Part shown: in pieces, positions 10,398-23,727 of the stretch | How positions within the stretch are numbered: position 1 is the first letter of the stretch | Layout: each line of letters starts with the position of its first letter | Assembly: GCF_000412335.2 (NCBI RefSeq) | Contig: NZ_KE161030.1 | Location: 4,692,128-4,724,127, forward strand | Reading direction: 5' to 3' | From: Cedecea davisae DSM 4568 | GTDB taxonomy: Bacteria; Pseudomonadota; Gammaproteobacteria; Enterobacterales; Enterobacteriaceae | Length of the DNA stretch: 32,000 nt | Translations under genes and position numbers: made by a program | The notes under the pieces: model-generated | Told to the model about the DNA's origin: nothing | The model's database searches: none | What the model saw: only the letters and a program-made list of their open reading frames with translations

Positions 10398-11087
10398 TTA
10401 CTCCGCGGACTGCATCGTTGCCCACCATGCGGCATCAGCTTCTATCTCACCTTGCTGATTCACATGTGGGTAAGGCAGGCCTTTGCGGCGGGACACATTC
10501 GCCAGCACCGGGTAGCCGCCTTCAAATAACAGCCTTTGCTGCTCGGCTTCCGGCAGTGCGCTATTTTCGCGTTGGTACATGCCCGCGTTCTGACGCTGGC
10601 GCTGGGCTTCATAAAGAATCAGCGCGGAAGCGACGGAGACGTTGAGCGACTGCACCATGCCCGTCATCGGAATAATGATGTCCTGGTCTGCGAGAGCCAG
10701 CGCTTCTGCGGTAATACCGGTTTTTTCCTGGCCCATCAGAATGCAGGTTGGGCGCGTATAGTCTATCTCGCGGAAATCTACGGCTTTGTCGGAAAGGTTG
10801 GTTGCCAGAATTTGCATACCGCTGCTTTTTAGCTGGCTAACGGCTTCGCCGATGGTGGCGTGGGTTTTCACTTCTACCCACGAGTTGCTGCCCGCGGCCG
10901 AAGAGGCCATGGTGCGCATACGGCTTCCCGGCCAGACCGCGTGCACTTCATGCACGCCGACGGCATCGGCGGTACGAATTATTGCGGAGACGTTATGGGG
11001 CTTGTGCACCTGCTCCATGCAAACGGTCAGGTCAGGCTGGCGTCTGGCGAGCATCTCGCAAATACGCGCATAACGTTGAGGATTCAT
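10398..11087 (-). CDS. trmH: tRNA (Gm18) 2'-O-methyltransferase (SpoU/TrmH)
   Basis: MNPQRYARICEMLARRQPDLTVCMEQVHKPHNVSAIIRTADAVGVHEVHAVWP...; SPOUT motifs; K-12 order spoT-trmH-recG. Confidence 0.96.
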   Translation of the reverse strand: MNPQRYARICEMLARRQPDLTVCMEQVHKPHNVSAIIRTADAVGVHEVHAVWPGSRMRTMASSAAGSNSWVEVKTHATIGEAVSQLKSSGMQILATNLSDKAVDFREIDYTRPTCILMGQEKTGITAEALALADQDIIIPMTGMVQSLNVSVASALILYEAQRQRQNAGMYQRENSALPEAEQQRLLFEGGYPVLANVSRRKGLPYPHVNQQGEIEADAAWWATMQSAE

Positions 11088-11091
11088 AACA

Positions 11092-13212
11092 CTAGTTTCT
11101 GTTGCGGGTAACTTTAATCACATCCGGCATCACGCGGATCTTGCGCATGATGTTTGCCAGATGGACGCGGTCCCGGGCGGTCAGTCGAATAAAGGCGCTG
11201 TAAACGCGGCCGTCTTTCTCTTCGGTATTCAGGCTCTGAATATTAGAACTCGCGGTGTTGATAGCCGCAGTCAGGTTGGCCAGCGCGCCCTGGTGGTTGA
11301 ACATGTCCACCTTGATCTCGGTAATGAATTCCTGCTCGGTCTCTTTATCCCACTCTACCGCCATAAACTTCTCAGGCTCTTTCTGGTAGCCACGAATATT
11401 TCGACAGGACTCATGGTGGATAACCAACCCTTTTCCAGGGCTGACGTGAGCAACGATAGGATCTCCCGGGATAGGGCGACAGCACTTGGCGAAGGTAATC
11501 AGTACGCCATCAGCGCCTTTGATTGGCAAGTTGCTGTGGGTTGACGTCGTCGCCGAGCCGGGTTGTGAGGTGACCGGAGCTTCGCCCTGAAGGTTTTTTG
11601 CCACCACCACGCTCATCGCGTTGCCGAGGCCGATTTCTGCCAGCAGGTCGTCAAGAGAGGCCAGCTTCATGCGTTCCAGCTCGCGCTGAACGTTCTCGGC
11701 CGGGATCTCGGCAAGCTTGCGGCTACCGCCCAGCGCATGGTTGAGCAGGCGACGCCCAAGGCTGACGGAGTCGTCGCGCTTGAGGTTTTTCAGCATCTGG
11801 CGAATTTTGGCGCGTGCTTTGGAGCTGACGACAAAATTGAGCCACGCGGCATTCGGGCGTGCGCCCGGCGCGGTAATGATTTCGATAGTCTGGCCGCTGG
11901 TCAGCGACTGTGACAGCGGATAAGGCTGGCGGTCTACGCGTGCGCCTACGCAGGCATGGCCGATGTCGGTATGAACCGCATAGGCAAAATCCACCGGCGT
12001 TGCGCCCGCAGGCAGCTCCACGATGCGGCCTTCCGGGGTGAAAACGTAAATCTCATCCGGGAACAGATCGGATTTTACGCTCTCGATAAATTCAAACGAG
12101 CTGCCTGCGCTTTGCTGAAGCTCCAGCAGGCTTTGCATCCAGCGCTGGGCGCGGATTTGTGCGGTTGTGCTGCTTTCGCCCTGCTCTTTGTAAGCCCAGT
12201 GCGCAGCAACCCCCATTTCCGCCATCTGATCCATATCTTCGGTACGGATTTGCACTTCAACCGGCACGCCGTGTGGCCCGATCATTGAAGTGTGCAGGGA
12301 CTGATAGCCGTTCGCTTTTGGAATGGCAATATAGTCCTTAACCCGGCCTGGACGTGGTTTATAGAGGCTGTGCATCTGCCCGAGTACGCGGTAACAGGTA
12401 TCCATATCGTGAACGATTACGCGGAAAGCGTAGATGTCCATAATTGAATGGAAACGCTGCTCTTTGAGCGTCATCTTGCAGTAAATGGAGTAAAGGTGTT
12501 TTTCGCGACCGCTGACGCGGCATGGAATACCGGCTTCCTGCAAACGTCCGTCGATTTCTGAGAGGATTTTTTGAATCATCTCTTTGCGGTTACCGCGCGC
12601 CGCTTTTACCACTTCTTTAATTACGCGGTAACGGTTCGGGTAAAGCGCTTCAAAGCCTAGCTCTTCCAGTTCGGTTTTCAGATGATGAATACCAAGGCGG
12701 TGGGCCAGCGGGCTGTAGATTTCGAGGGTTTCACGGGCAATGCGGCGGCGCTTGTCCGGGCGCAGTGAACCCAGGGTTCGCATATTGTGGGTGCGGTCTG
12801 CGAGCTTGATCAAGATGACGCGGATGTCCTGCACCATCGCCATGATCATTTTGCGGAAGTTTTCGGCCTGCGCCTCTTTCTTATCGCGGAACTTCAGTTT
12901 GTCTAGCTTAGAGACCCCTTCCACCAGCTCGGCAACGCTTTTGCCAAACAGTTGTTCCATATCCTGGTAGGTGGCAGGGGTGTCTTCAATCACATCATGC
13001 AGCAGCGCCGCCATTAGCGTTTCATGGTCGAGTTTCATCTCGGCCAGAATGCAGGCGACGGCTACCGGATGGGTGATATAGGGTTCACCGCTTGAACGAG
13101 TTTGTCCCTCGTGAGCATCACGCGCGACAAGGTATGCCTGCCGAAGGCGCTTGATTTGCTCCTCGGGCAGATAGTTTTGAATCAGCTGATTCAGGCTCTC
13201 AAACAGATACAA
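11092..13212 (-). CDS. spoT: Bifunctional (p)ppGpp synthetase/hydrolase SpoT
   Basis: HD domain (LLHDVIEDTPATYQD), synthetase, TGS and ACT domains; near identical to E. coli SpoT. Confidence 0.98.
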   Translation of the reverse strand: MYLFESLNQLIQNYLPEEQIKRLRQAYLVARDAHEGQTRSSGEPYITHPVAVACILAEMKLDHETLMAALLHDVIEDTPATYQDMEQLFGKSVAELVEGVSKLDKLKFRDKKEAQAENFRKMIMAMVQDIRVILIKLADRTHNMRTLGSLRPDKRRRIARETLEIYSPLAHRLGIHHLKTELEELGFEALYPNRYRVIKEVVKAARGNRKEMIQKILSEIDGRLQEAGIPCRVSGREKHLYSIYCKMTLKEQRFHSIMDIYAFRVIVHDMDTCYRVLGQMHSLYKPRPGRVKDYIAIPKANGYQSLHTSMIGPHGVPVEVQIRTEDMDQMAEMGVAAHWAYKEQGESSTTAQIRAQRWMQSLLELQQSAGSSFEFIESVKSDLFPDEIYVFTPEGRIVELPAGATPVDFAYAVHTDIGHACVGARVDRQPYPLSQSLTSGQTIEIITAPGARPNAAWLNFVVSSKARAKIRQMLKNLKRDDSVSLGRRLLNHALGGSRKLAEIPAENVQRELERMKLASLDDLLAEIGLGNAMSVVVAKNLQGEAPVTSQPGSATTSTHSNLPIKGADGVLITFAKCCRPIPGDPIVAHVSPGKGLVIHHESCRNIRGYQKEPEKFMAVEWDKETEQEFITEIKVDMFNHQGALANLTAAINTASSNIQSLNTEEKDGRVYSAFIRLTARDRVHLANIMRKIRVMPDVIKVTRNRN

Positions 13213-13230
13213 GGGCTACCCGCGGGCTAA

Positions 13231-13506
13231 TTAACGACGACCTTCAGCAATAGCAGTAACGGCCTGCAGTTCTGCGGCTTCCTGCTCTTGCTGTTCCTGG
13301 CGCTCACGCACATCGAGGATCTGGTTGGTTATCAACCCTTCTTCGATTTCGCGCAGTGCGATAACGGTCGTTTTGTCGTTTTCTTCCGGTACAAGCGGAT
13401 CTTTACCGCCAACCTGCATCTGACGAGCGCGACGCGCGGCGACAAGTACCAGGTCAAAACGGTTACCAATTTTCTCTACTGCGTCCTGAACGGTTACGCG
13501 TGCCAT
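13231..13506 (-). CDS. rpoZ: RNA polymerase omega subunit
   Basis: [59 protein letters not shown], 91 aa. Confidence 0.98.
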   Translation of the reverse strand: MARVTVQDAVEKIGNRFDLVLVAARRARQMQVGGKDPLVPEENDKTTVIALREIEEGLITNQILDVRERQEQQEQEAAELQAVTAIAEGRR

Positions 13507-13560
13507 AATTAAAATGCTCCACAGGTGAAGAAATGACTGGGCATGATACTGAAACTGGTG

Positions 13561-14223
<663 letters not shown>

Positions 14224-14233
14224 CTACCGGCAT

Positions 14234-14239
14234 ATTATA
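14234..14239 (-). promoter_or_regulatory. Candidate sigma70 -10 element for gmk
   Basis: Perfect TATAAT on the minus strand about 50 nt upstream of the gmk ATG; -35 match is weak. Confidence 0.4.
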
Positions 14240-14370
14240 CACACCGCCGCCGCGCGACGAAGATTTTGTGATCGGCTACTGTGGTTTTTCTCGCGCTTTA
14301 CGTGATGTTTCCCTTTTATTTGCTTCATTTTCTGCAACGCCTCAGGTTTTCAGGAAGCACAGCCTCATAA

Positions 14371-16742
<2,372 letters not shown>

Positions 16743-16878
16743 GAATGTCCCCTCAGAAGTTGCTCCGAGGGTAGCGTTTTGTGCGTTGTGTCACGATTGA
16801 GATTTTCTAAATTGAATCTGTATTGATTAGTTTTATTTATGCGAAAATATTATTTTATCCTCAAATAGAGGGTTATCT

Positions 16879-16935
16879 ATGAAATTAATATTTAAAAAAT
16901 GGATTAGTAGAACTATCGGTAATCGGAGGGGCTGA
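16879..16935 (+). CDS. Putative 18-aa leader peptide (MKLIFKKWISRTIGNRRG)
   Basis: ATG 16879, TGA 16933-16935; plausible RBS (agaggg) upstream. The RBS of the next gene (cggagggg) lies inside the mini-ORF and only 2 nt separate its stop from the next ATG. Confidence 0.35.
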   Translation: MKLIFKKWISRTIGNRRG

Positions 16936-16937
16936 CG

Positions 16938-17330
16938 ATGAAAACTGTCTCTGCGGTGCTCAGGGCGTTAGCGAAAGGTATCAATCCTGAAACAGGAGAG
17001 CTGCTGGCATCCGGTTCGCTGGCGAATCAACCCGATGCGATAAGAATGCTGTTTGCACTTTCTGAGGAGCTGGCGGAGAGGCCGGAGAAGCAGAAACAGA
17101 TCAAACTCACTCCCGAAGAACGGCAGCGAAAGAATATTGCTGAAGGCAGGCCGGCTAAAGCTTATTTTCCCTGGGCTGCCGATGAGAAAGTATTGCTGGA
17201 CGTGAAGTATCGGCAAAATGAAGACATAAATGCATTAAGTCAGCAGTTCGGTCGCTCGGCGCGAGCGGTCGCTATTCAGCTGGAAAAGATGGGTTTAATT
17301 ACGGCGGAACAGCTTCTGGCGACGCGCTGA
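16938..17330 (+). CDS. Small conserved-looking protein of unknown function with C-terminal Myb/HTH-like segment
   Basis: 130 aa; RBS ggagggg; N-terminal GINPETGEL motif and C-terminal AYFPWAADEKVLLDVKYRQNEDINALSQQFGRSARAVAIQLEKMGLI, which reads as a tri-helical DNA-binding fold. Confidence 0.75.
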   Translation: MKTVSAVLRALAKGINPETGELLASGSLANQPDAIRMLFALSEELAERPEKQKQIKLTPEERQRKNIAEGRPAKAYFPWAADEKVLLDVKYRQNEDINALSQQFGRSARAVAIQLEKMGLITAEQLLATR

Positions 17331-17367
17331 GAAAGTTGAGAGGCCCATAAATCAGGGCCTCGCGGTA

Positions 17368-18231
17368 TCACTCGATGTTCTGAATCTGCTCGCGCATTTG
17401 CTCGATCAAGACTTTCAGCTCGATGGCTGAGGTGGTGACATCTGAGTTTATCGATTTGGAGGCCAGCGTGTTCGACTCGCGGTTGAACTCCTGCATCATA
17501 AAGTCGAGGCGACGGCCAACGGCTTCTTTTTTCTTCAGGATGTTATAGGTCTCTTTAACGTGAGCTTCCAGGCGGTCAAGCTCTTCAGCGACGTCGATTC
17601 GCTGTGCCATCAACACCAACTCTTGCTCAAGGCGGCTATTTTCAAGCTGTACTTCGGCTTCTTCCAGCTTGCTGACCAGGCGCTCACGCTGCCATTTAAC
17701 CACTTCTGGCATTTGCGCTCGTACTTTCACCACTTCGGCGCTGACGCCTTCGAGGCGTTGCTCGATAAGCGCTTTTAATGCGTGGCCTTCAGTTTCGCGG
17801 GCAACAATAAAATCATCCAGTGCGCCATCCAGTGCGGCAAGGATCTCCGCGGCGATAGCGTCCAGGTCCTGCTCCTGAGCGGACATTACGCCGGGCCAGC
17901 GCAGAATATCAACCGGATTTATTTCCCCTTCGTCACTCTGCATTTTGACCCAGTTAGCGGCGTCAACCAGCTGCTTAGCCAGTTTTTCATTAAGGAGCAA
18001 AGCGCCTTGCGAGCGGGAGTCTGGTTCGAAGCGCAGGTTGCACTCGATTTTGCCGCGAGTCAGTCGATTGCGGATGCGTTCGCGCGCTACAGGCTCAAGG
18101 CTGCGGAACTGTTCCGGCATGCGGATGTAAGTTTCGAGATAGCGCTGGTTAACCGAGCGTAATTCCCAGGAGGCTGAGCCCCATTCACCTTTTACTTCAC
18201 GCCGGGCGTAGGCGGTCATACTGCGGATCAT
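17368..18231 (-). CDS. yicC: YicC family endoribonuclease
   Basis: MIRSMTAYARREVKGEWGSASWELRSVNQRYLETYIRMPEQFRSLEP...; 287 aa; divergent from rph as in K-12. Confidence 0.96.
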   Translation of the reverse strand: MIRSMTAYARREVKGEWGSASWELRSVNQRYLETYIRMPEQFRSLEPVARERIRNRLTRGKIECNLRFEPDSRSQGALLLNEKLAKQLVDAANWVKMQSDEGEINPVDILRWPGVMSAQEQDLDAIAAEILAALDGALDDFIVARETEGHALKALIEQRLEGVSAEVVKVRAQMPEVVKWQRERLVSKLEEAEVQLENSRLEQELVLMAQRIDVAEELDRLEAHVKETYNILKKKEAVGRRLDFMMQEFNRESNTLASKSINSDVTTSAIELKVLIEQMREQIQNIE

Positions 18232-18356
18232 AGCAGGTACCCGTTTTCAGCTAATGTATGAGGGGATTATAGCCATCAGGGGTCTTGCAGGATAGGAATA
18301 AGCGCCTGAAGTCCGTATAATGCGCAGCCACATTCGTTTTAGCCGGAGATAAGCCC

Positions 18357-19073
18357 ATGCGTCCATCAGGTCGTAGCGCCGAACAAGTGCGCCCAGTTAC
18401 CCTGACCCGCCATTACACTAAACACGCAGAAGGTTCCGTGCTTGTCGAGTTTGGTGATACCAAAGTGCTTTGCACCGCCACCCTTGAAGAAGGCGTTCCT
18501 CGCTTCCTGAAAGGTCAGGGCCAGGGCTGGATCACCGCCGAATACGGCATGCTGCCGCGTGCAACTCATAGCCGTAATGCGCGTGAAGCTGCAAAAGGCA
18601 AGCAGGGCGGCCGTACCCTTGAAATTCAGCGTCTGATCGCCCGTTCTCTGCGCGCGGCGGTAGATTTAAAGGCGCTGGGTGAATTCACCATCACTCTGGA
18701 CTGCGACGTCCTGCAGGCCGATGGTGGCACCCGCACTGCTTCTATCACCGGTGCCTGCGTGGCGCTGGCCGATGCGCTGAACGGCCTTGTGGCTGCCGGT
18801 AAGCTGAAAACTAACCCAATGAAGGGAATGGTGGCGGCGGTTTCCGTCGGCATCGTCAAGGGTGAAGCGCTTTGCGATCTGGAGTATGTCGAAGACTCCT
18901 CGGCTGAAACCGATATGAACGTAGTGATGATGGAAGATGGACGCATGATTGAAGTGCAGGGCACCGCTGAAGGCGAGCCGTTCTCCCATGAAGAGCTACT
19001 GGCGCTGCTAGCACTGGCCCGAGGGGGAATTGATTCCATTATCGCGTCGCAGAAGGCGGCGTTAGAAAATTAA
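18357..19073 (+). CDS. rph: Ribonuclease PH, full length
   Basis: [41 protein letters not shown]...; 238 aa, intact C-terminus. Confidence 0.98.
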   Translation: MRPSGRSAEQVRPVTLTRHYTKHAEGSVLVEFGDTKVLCTATLEEGVPRFLKGQGQGWITAEYGMLPRATHSRNAREAAKGKQGGRTLEIQRLIARSLRAAVDLKALGEFTITLDCDVLQADGGTRTASITGACVALADALNGLVAAGKLKTNPMKGMVAAVSVGIVKGEALCDLEYVEDSSAETDMNVVMMEDGRMIEVQGTAEGEPFSHEELLALLALARGGIDSIIASQKAALEN

Positions 19074-19077
19074 TTTT

Positions 19078-19107
19078 TAAAAAGCGACTGAGAAGTCGCT
19101 TTTTTTA
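19078..19107 (+). terminator. rph-pyrE intergenic hairpin (pyrE attenuator)
   Basis: aaaagcgact-gaga-agtcgctttt followed by T run, just after the rph stop and about 30 nt before pyrE. Confidence 0.88.
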
Positions 19108-19138
19108 TGTCCGTGTAACAACGCTAAGGAGCGAATCC

Positions 19139-19780
19139 ATGAAACCGTATCAGCGCCAGTTTATTGAGTTTGCGCTTAACAAACAGGTACTCAAGTTTGG
19201 CGAATTTACGCTGAAATCCGGGCGTACCAGCCCCTATTTCTTCAACGCCGGGCTGTTTAATACCGGGCGCGATCTGGCGTTACTGGGGCGTTTTTATGCC
19301 GCCGCGCTGATGGATTCCGGTATCGACTTCGACCTGCTGTTTGGCCCGGCCTATAAGGGCATCCCTATCGCGACAACCACCGCGGTTGCGCTGGCCGAGC
19401 ATCATGAACGGGATGTGCCTTATTGCTTCAACCGTAAAGAAGCGAAAGATCACGGCGAGGGTGGCAATCTGGTCGGTAGCCCGCTGCAGGGGCGTGTAAT
19501 GCTGGTGGATGACGTGATAACCGCCGGAACGGCCATTCGTGAGTCGATGGAAATCATTGCCGCTAACGGTGCCAGCCTTGCGGGTGTTTTGATTTCTCTC
19601 GACAGGCAAGAACGCGGGCGCGCTGATATTTCTGCAATTCAGGAGGTTGAGCGTGATTATAAATGCCAGGTCATCTCTATCATCACTTTGAAGGACCTGA
19701 TTGCCTATCTGGAAGAGAAACCAGAAATGGCCGACAAACTTGCTGCGGTGCGTAAGTATCGCGAAGAGTACGGCGTATAA
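19139..19780 (+). CDS. pyrE: Orotate phosphoribosyltransferase
   Basis: 213 aa; PRPP motif [13 protein letters not shown]. Confidence 0.98.
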   Translation: MKPYQRQFIEFALNKQVLKFGEFTLKSGRTSPYFFNAGLFNTGRDLALLGRFYAAALMDSGIDFDLLFGPAYKGIPIATTTAVALAEHHERDVPYCFNRKEAKDHGEGGNLVGSPLQGRVMLVDDVITAGTAIRESMEIIAANGASLAGVLISLDRQERGRADISAIQEVERDYKCQVISIITLKDLIAYLEEKPEMADKLAAVRKYREEYGV

Positions 19781-19788
19781 GCCAGAAA

Positions 19789-19814
19789 AGAAAAGGGCCA
19801 TCAGGCCCTTTTCT
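19789..19814. terminator. Bidirectional terminator between convergent pyrE and slmA
   Basis: agaaaagggcc-atca-ggcccttttct, perfect arms with A/T flanks. Confidence 0.8.
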
Positions 19815-20410
19815 TAGTACAGCTGTGCGGCAATCAGCGGCCAGCGGGTATCGAAATCATCCGTGGGCAGATAGCGGAAGTCGCTGCGAACAAAACGCGA
19901 AAGCATCCCTTCACAGAAAGCCAGTAGCTGGCTTGCCAGCAGGGCTTCATCGGTAGTAAACCCTTCGCCCTCACGCATTTTCTTTTCGCGCATTACCTGA
20001 CGCAGCTGAACCTCAATACGCTCAAATAGCTGATTGATGCGGTCCTGCAGGCGATCTTGTTCAAACATCAGCGCATGGCCGGTAAGAATGCGGGTTAACC
20101 CCGGGTTACGTTCACCAAAACCCAGCACCAGCAGAACGATCAGCCGCAGGCGAGCCAGCGTATCTTTCTCATCTTTCAAAATCAGGTTAATGCGGGTAAT
20201 CAGGCTGTCTTCGATAAACTCAATCAGGCTATCGAACATTTTCATCTTGCTGGGAAAATGCCGATAGAGCGCCGCTTCGGACACGCCAACCGTTGCCGCA
20301 AGTTTCGCGGTGGTAATGCGCTGGCTGCCGTCGCTGGATTCAAGCATTTGGGCCAGAGACTGAAGTATTTCCTCGCGACGATTCCTTTTCGCGGTCTGTT
20401 TTTCTGCCAT
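19814..20410 (-). CDS. slmA: Nucleoid occlusion factor SlmA (TetR family)
   Basis: 198 aa; [59 protein letters not shown]. Confidence 0.97.
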   Translation of the reverse strand: MAEKQTAKRNRREEILQSLAQMLESSDGSQRITTAKLAATVGVSEAALYRHFPSKMKMFDSLIEFIEDSLITRINLILKDEKDTLARLRLIVLLVLGFGERNPGLTRILTGHALMFEQDRLQDRINQLFERIEVQLRQVMREKKMREGEGFTTDEALLASQLLAFCEGMLSRFVRSDFRYLPTDDFDTRWPLIAAQLY

Positions 20411-20530
20411 GTTCTAAAATACCCCTGAAAATTACCTTGTCAGGCAAGCACCGCACCGCGCCCGCAAACGCCTGGTTTGCGGTCTGTTATAACGTTATCT
20501 ACGCGGTAGGGTTACGTTTATAAAACGGTA

Positions 20531-20986
20531 TTACTGGCGGCCAGAATGGCCAAAGCCGCCTTCGCCACGGTCGCTGGCATCAAAATCTTCGACCAGATTA
20601 AATTCTGCCTGTACCACAGGTACAAAGACCATTTGCGCGATGCGCTCGCCAGGCTGGATGGTGAAGCTGTTCTGGCCACGGTTCCACACGGAAACCATCA
20701 ACTGCCCCTGATAATCGGAGTCGATTAAACCCACCAGGTTGCCCAGCACAACGCCATGTTTATGACCCAGGCCTGAACGCGGGAGAATCACCGCCGCCAG
20801 GGATGCATCGGCAATGTGAATAGCCAGGCCGGTAGGCAGCAGCGTTGTGGCACCTGGAGCCAACTCTACGGCGTCATCTAAACAGGCGCGCAGGTCAAGA
20901 CCGGCTGAACCGGAGGTGGCGTAGGTCGGCAGCGGAAATTGTTGGCCAACGCGCGGGTCCAGAATTTTAACGTCGATTTTTTTCAT
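20531..20986 (-). CDS. dut: dUTP diphosphatase
   Basis: [36 protein letters not shown]...; 151 aa. The longer ORF-track start at 21136 lies inside coaBC and is not supported. Confidence 0.96.
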   Translation of the reverse strand: MKKIDVKILDPRVGQQFPLPTYATSGSAGLDLRACLDDAVELAPGATTLLPTGLAIHIADASLAAVILPRSGLGHKHGVVLGNLVGLIDSDYQGQLMVSVWNRGQNSFTIQPGERIAQMVFVPVVQAEFNLVEDFDASDRGEGGFGHSGRQ

Positions 20987-22181
20987 CATAGCGGGTAACG
21001 ATCTCGTCCAGTAAAAGGTGGCCAAGGAGCTCTTTACGCTCAAGCGGTAAGACTTTATCTCCATCCTGCCAGAAAAGGTGTAATGCATTGCTGTCGCTGT
21101 TAAACCCCTGATTTTGCTTAGATACGTCATTAGCACAGATCAGGTCGAGGTTTTTAGCAGCGCGCTTTTTCCGGGCGTATTCTTCCACATTATTTGTTTC
21201 GGCGGCAAACCCTACAACATAGGGGCGACCTTCTGAAAGTGCGGCAACGCCGGCAACCACATCCGGGTTTTTCACCATTTTTAGAGTAATTTCATCACCT
21301 TGCTTTTTGATTTTCTCGTCAGCAACGGTGGCTGCCCTATAATCGGCAACGGCCGCACAGCCGATAAAAATCTGCTGGCTTGTGGCCTGCCGTTGTACGG
21401 CTTCGTTCATTTCCAGCGCGGTTGTTACATCTACCCGATTTACCCCGGCAGGCGTTGGCAAAGTTACCGGCCCGGCAACTAAAGTCACGTTTGCTCCGCG
21501 GGCGGCTGCGGCTGCGGCGATAGCAAAGCCCATTTTACCGGAGCTGTCATTGGTAATGTACCGAACGGGATCCAACCGCTCGCGAGTGGGGCCGGCGGTA
21601 ATCATGACGTTCAGATGTTGCAGATCTTTGACTACCGAGAAATGCTCCACTGCCATGTCGACGAGTATTAACGGGTCCAGCATACGCCCCGGGCCGATGT
21701 CGCCGCACGCCTGGCTGCCGCTATCCGGCCCCCAAATCAGCAGGCCACGAGAGCCGAGTACGCCAAGATTATGTTGGGTTGCCGCTGCCCGGTACATTTG
21801 CTGGTTCATGGCGGGAACGACCGCAACCGGTGCCGCAGTAGCAAGGCAGATGGTGCTGACCAGGTCGTTTGCCATCCCTGCTGCGATGCGGGCAATCAGG
21901 TCTGCGGTGGCGGGAGCAATAATGACTAAATCAGCCCATTTTCCCAGTTCGATGTGGCCCATTGCCGCTTCGGCAGCCGGGTCAAGCAGGCTGTCCGACA
22001 CCGGATACCCGGAGACGGCCTGTAAGCTTAATGGTGTGATAAAGGCCTTCGCCGCCTCGGTCATTACCACTCGTACATCCGCTCCGCGATCGCGCAGACG
22101 ACGCACCAGCTCAGGTGTTTTGTAAGCAGCAATACCGCCGCTGACACCAAGAACAATTTTCTTGCCGGAAAGCCCCATCAT
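20967..22181 (-). CDS. coaBC: Bifunctional phosphopantothenoylcysteine decarboxylase/phosphopantothenate-cysteine ligase
   Basis: [58 protein letters not shown]...; 3' end overlaps the dut start. Confidence 0.97.
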   Translation of the reverse strand: MMGLSGKKIVLGVSGGIAAYKTPELVRRLRDRGADVRVVMTEAAKAFITPLSLQAVSGYPVSDSLLDPAAEAAMGHIELGKWADLVIIAPATADLIARIAAGMANDLVSTICLATAAPVAVVPAMNQQMYRAAATQHNLGVLGSRGLLIWGPDSGSQACGDIGPGRMLDPLILVDMAVEHFSVVKDLQHLNVMITAGPTRERLDPVRYITNDSSGKMGFAIAAAAAARGANVTLVAGPVTLPTPAGVNRVDVTTALEMNEAVQRQATSQQIFIGCAAVADYRAATVADEKIKKQGDEITLKMVKNPDVVAGVAALSEGRPYVVGFAAETNNVEEYARKKRAAKNLDLICANDVSKQNQGFNSDSNALHLFWQDGDKVLPLERKELLGHLLLDEIVTRYDEKNRR

Positions 22182-22342
22182 GATTTTTATCCGTTGGAAG
22201 TCACAGTCAGGAGGCTATTTTATCACAATCCCCGGCAGGGGACTTTTTGCTGTTTGCGAGGCATTACGCAAGACAGTAATCCGGAATCGCCCGATAAGAA
22301 AAAACGTCGCACTATAGCGTGGGTAAGCCAGGAGGGGATGCC

Positions 22343-23020
22343 ATGAAAGGGAATAATGCTATTGAAAAATCGACGTTGCCGCGTGAAAAGTTGCTGAAGT
22401 TTGGCGTCAGTTCGCTAACCGATACCGAACTGTTGGCGCTATTTTTACGAACCGGGTGCCGGGGGATGCACGTTCTGGTTTTTGCCAACATGTTATTGCG
22501 TGAGTTTGGTTCACTGCATCGCCTACTGTCAGCCGACTTTTCTCATTTCGAAAAAGTGAACGGAATCGGTGTTGCAAAATATACCCAACTGAATGCAATA
22601 GCCGAGCTGGCAAGGCGCTATTACTCTTCTCAGGGAGTGAGTGAGCTTTCTCTGCTCAACCCTGGGAAGGTGCGCGAATACATCCAAAGCCAGATAATGA
22701 CCGAAGAACGAGAGGTTTTTCTGGTGTTGTTTCTGAATAATCAGCATCAGGCCATCAAATGTGAGCGCCTTTTTGCCGGTACGCTGGGGCACGTTGAGGT
22801 TCATCCGCGACAAATTGTGCGCGAAGCGATGAAATGTAACGCCGCAGCTATTATACTGGCGCACAACCACCCTTCAGGTAAGGCTGAGCCGAGCAAAGCC
22901 GACCGGGCCATAACAGAGCGTATCGTTAAAGTCTGCCTGTTTATGGAGATTCAGGTGCTTGATCATCTGGTTATTGGCCATGGAGAGTACGTTTCTTTCG
23001 CTGAGCGAGGGTGGATTTAG
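22343..23020 (+). CDS. radC: RadC/JAB-MPN domain protein
   Basis: [21 protein letters not shown]...; metalloprotease-like [36 protein letters not shown]; RBS ggagggg. Internal ATG preferred over 22319. Confidence 0.93.
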   Translation: MKGNNAIEKSTLPREKLLKFGVSSLTDTELLALFLRTGCRGMHVLVFANMLLREFGSLHRLLSADFSHFEKVNGIGVAKYTQLNAIAELARRYYSSQGVSELSLLNPGKVREYIQSQIMTEEREVFLVLFLNNQHQAIKCERLFAGTLGHVEVHPRQIVREAMKCNAAAIILAHNHPSGKAEPSKADRAITERIVKVCLFMEIQVLDHLVIGHGEYVSFAERGWI

Positions 23021-23062
23021 GCCAATGAGCGCGATCCATAGGGATCTTTGTCTGTTCGGGAC

Positions 23063-23091
23063 TTGAGCACATGCCTCACACAGCGTATACT
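23063..23091 (+). promoter_or_regulatory. Strong sigma70-type promoter for rpmB-rpmG
   Basis: TTGAGC (23063-23068), 17-nt spacer, TATACT (23086-23091). Confidence 0.75.
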
Positions 23092-23213
23092 ACGCCACCT
23101 TTGAGAATCTCGGGTTTGGCATTATGCGCCTGGCACTGTGGTTCACATTGAACCGCCAGGGACCAGGCTTGCAGCCTGACGAGGCGCCTAACCCTATACG
23201 AAGCTCGAGCTAA

Positions 23214-23471
<258 letters not shown>

Positions 23472-23488
23472 GTACTTAGAGGAAATAA

Positions 23489-23659
<171 letters not shown>

Positions 23660-23678
23660 TTCTGGTAACTTTGTTGAA

Positions 23679-23706
23679 GAAACCCGGCTCAGGCCGGGTT
23701 TTTTTA
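23679..23706 (+). terminator. Terminator after rpmBG
   Basis: aaacccggc-tca-ggccgggttt stem followed by T run. Confidence 0.85.
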
Positions 23707-23727
23707 TGCCTGTTTCCCGGAGGAGCG

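Noticed and set aside
17340-17361. gaggccc/gggcctc hairpin between the 130-aa HTH-like gene and yicC as a terminator
   Set aside because: Perfect 7-bp arms but no T run on either strand, so not listed as a terminator feature.
18626-19039. 137-aa and 107-aa minus-strand ORFs antisense to rph
   Set aside because: Shadow ORFs of a highly conserved coding gene.
20987-21136. N-terminal extension of the dut ORF
   Set aside because: Extension overlaps coaBC coding sequence; Dut homologs begin at [12 protein letters not shown].
21382-22125. 247-aa plus-strand ORF antisense to coaBC
   Set aside because: Shadow ORF; coaBC is strongly conserved on the minus strand and no RBS or domain-like motif was seen.
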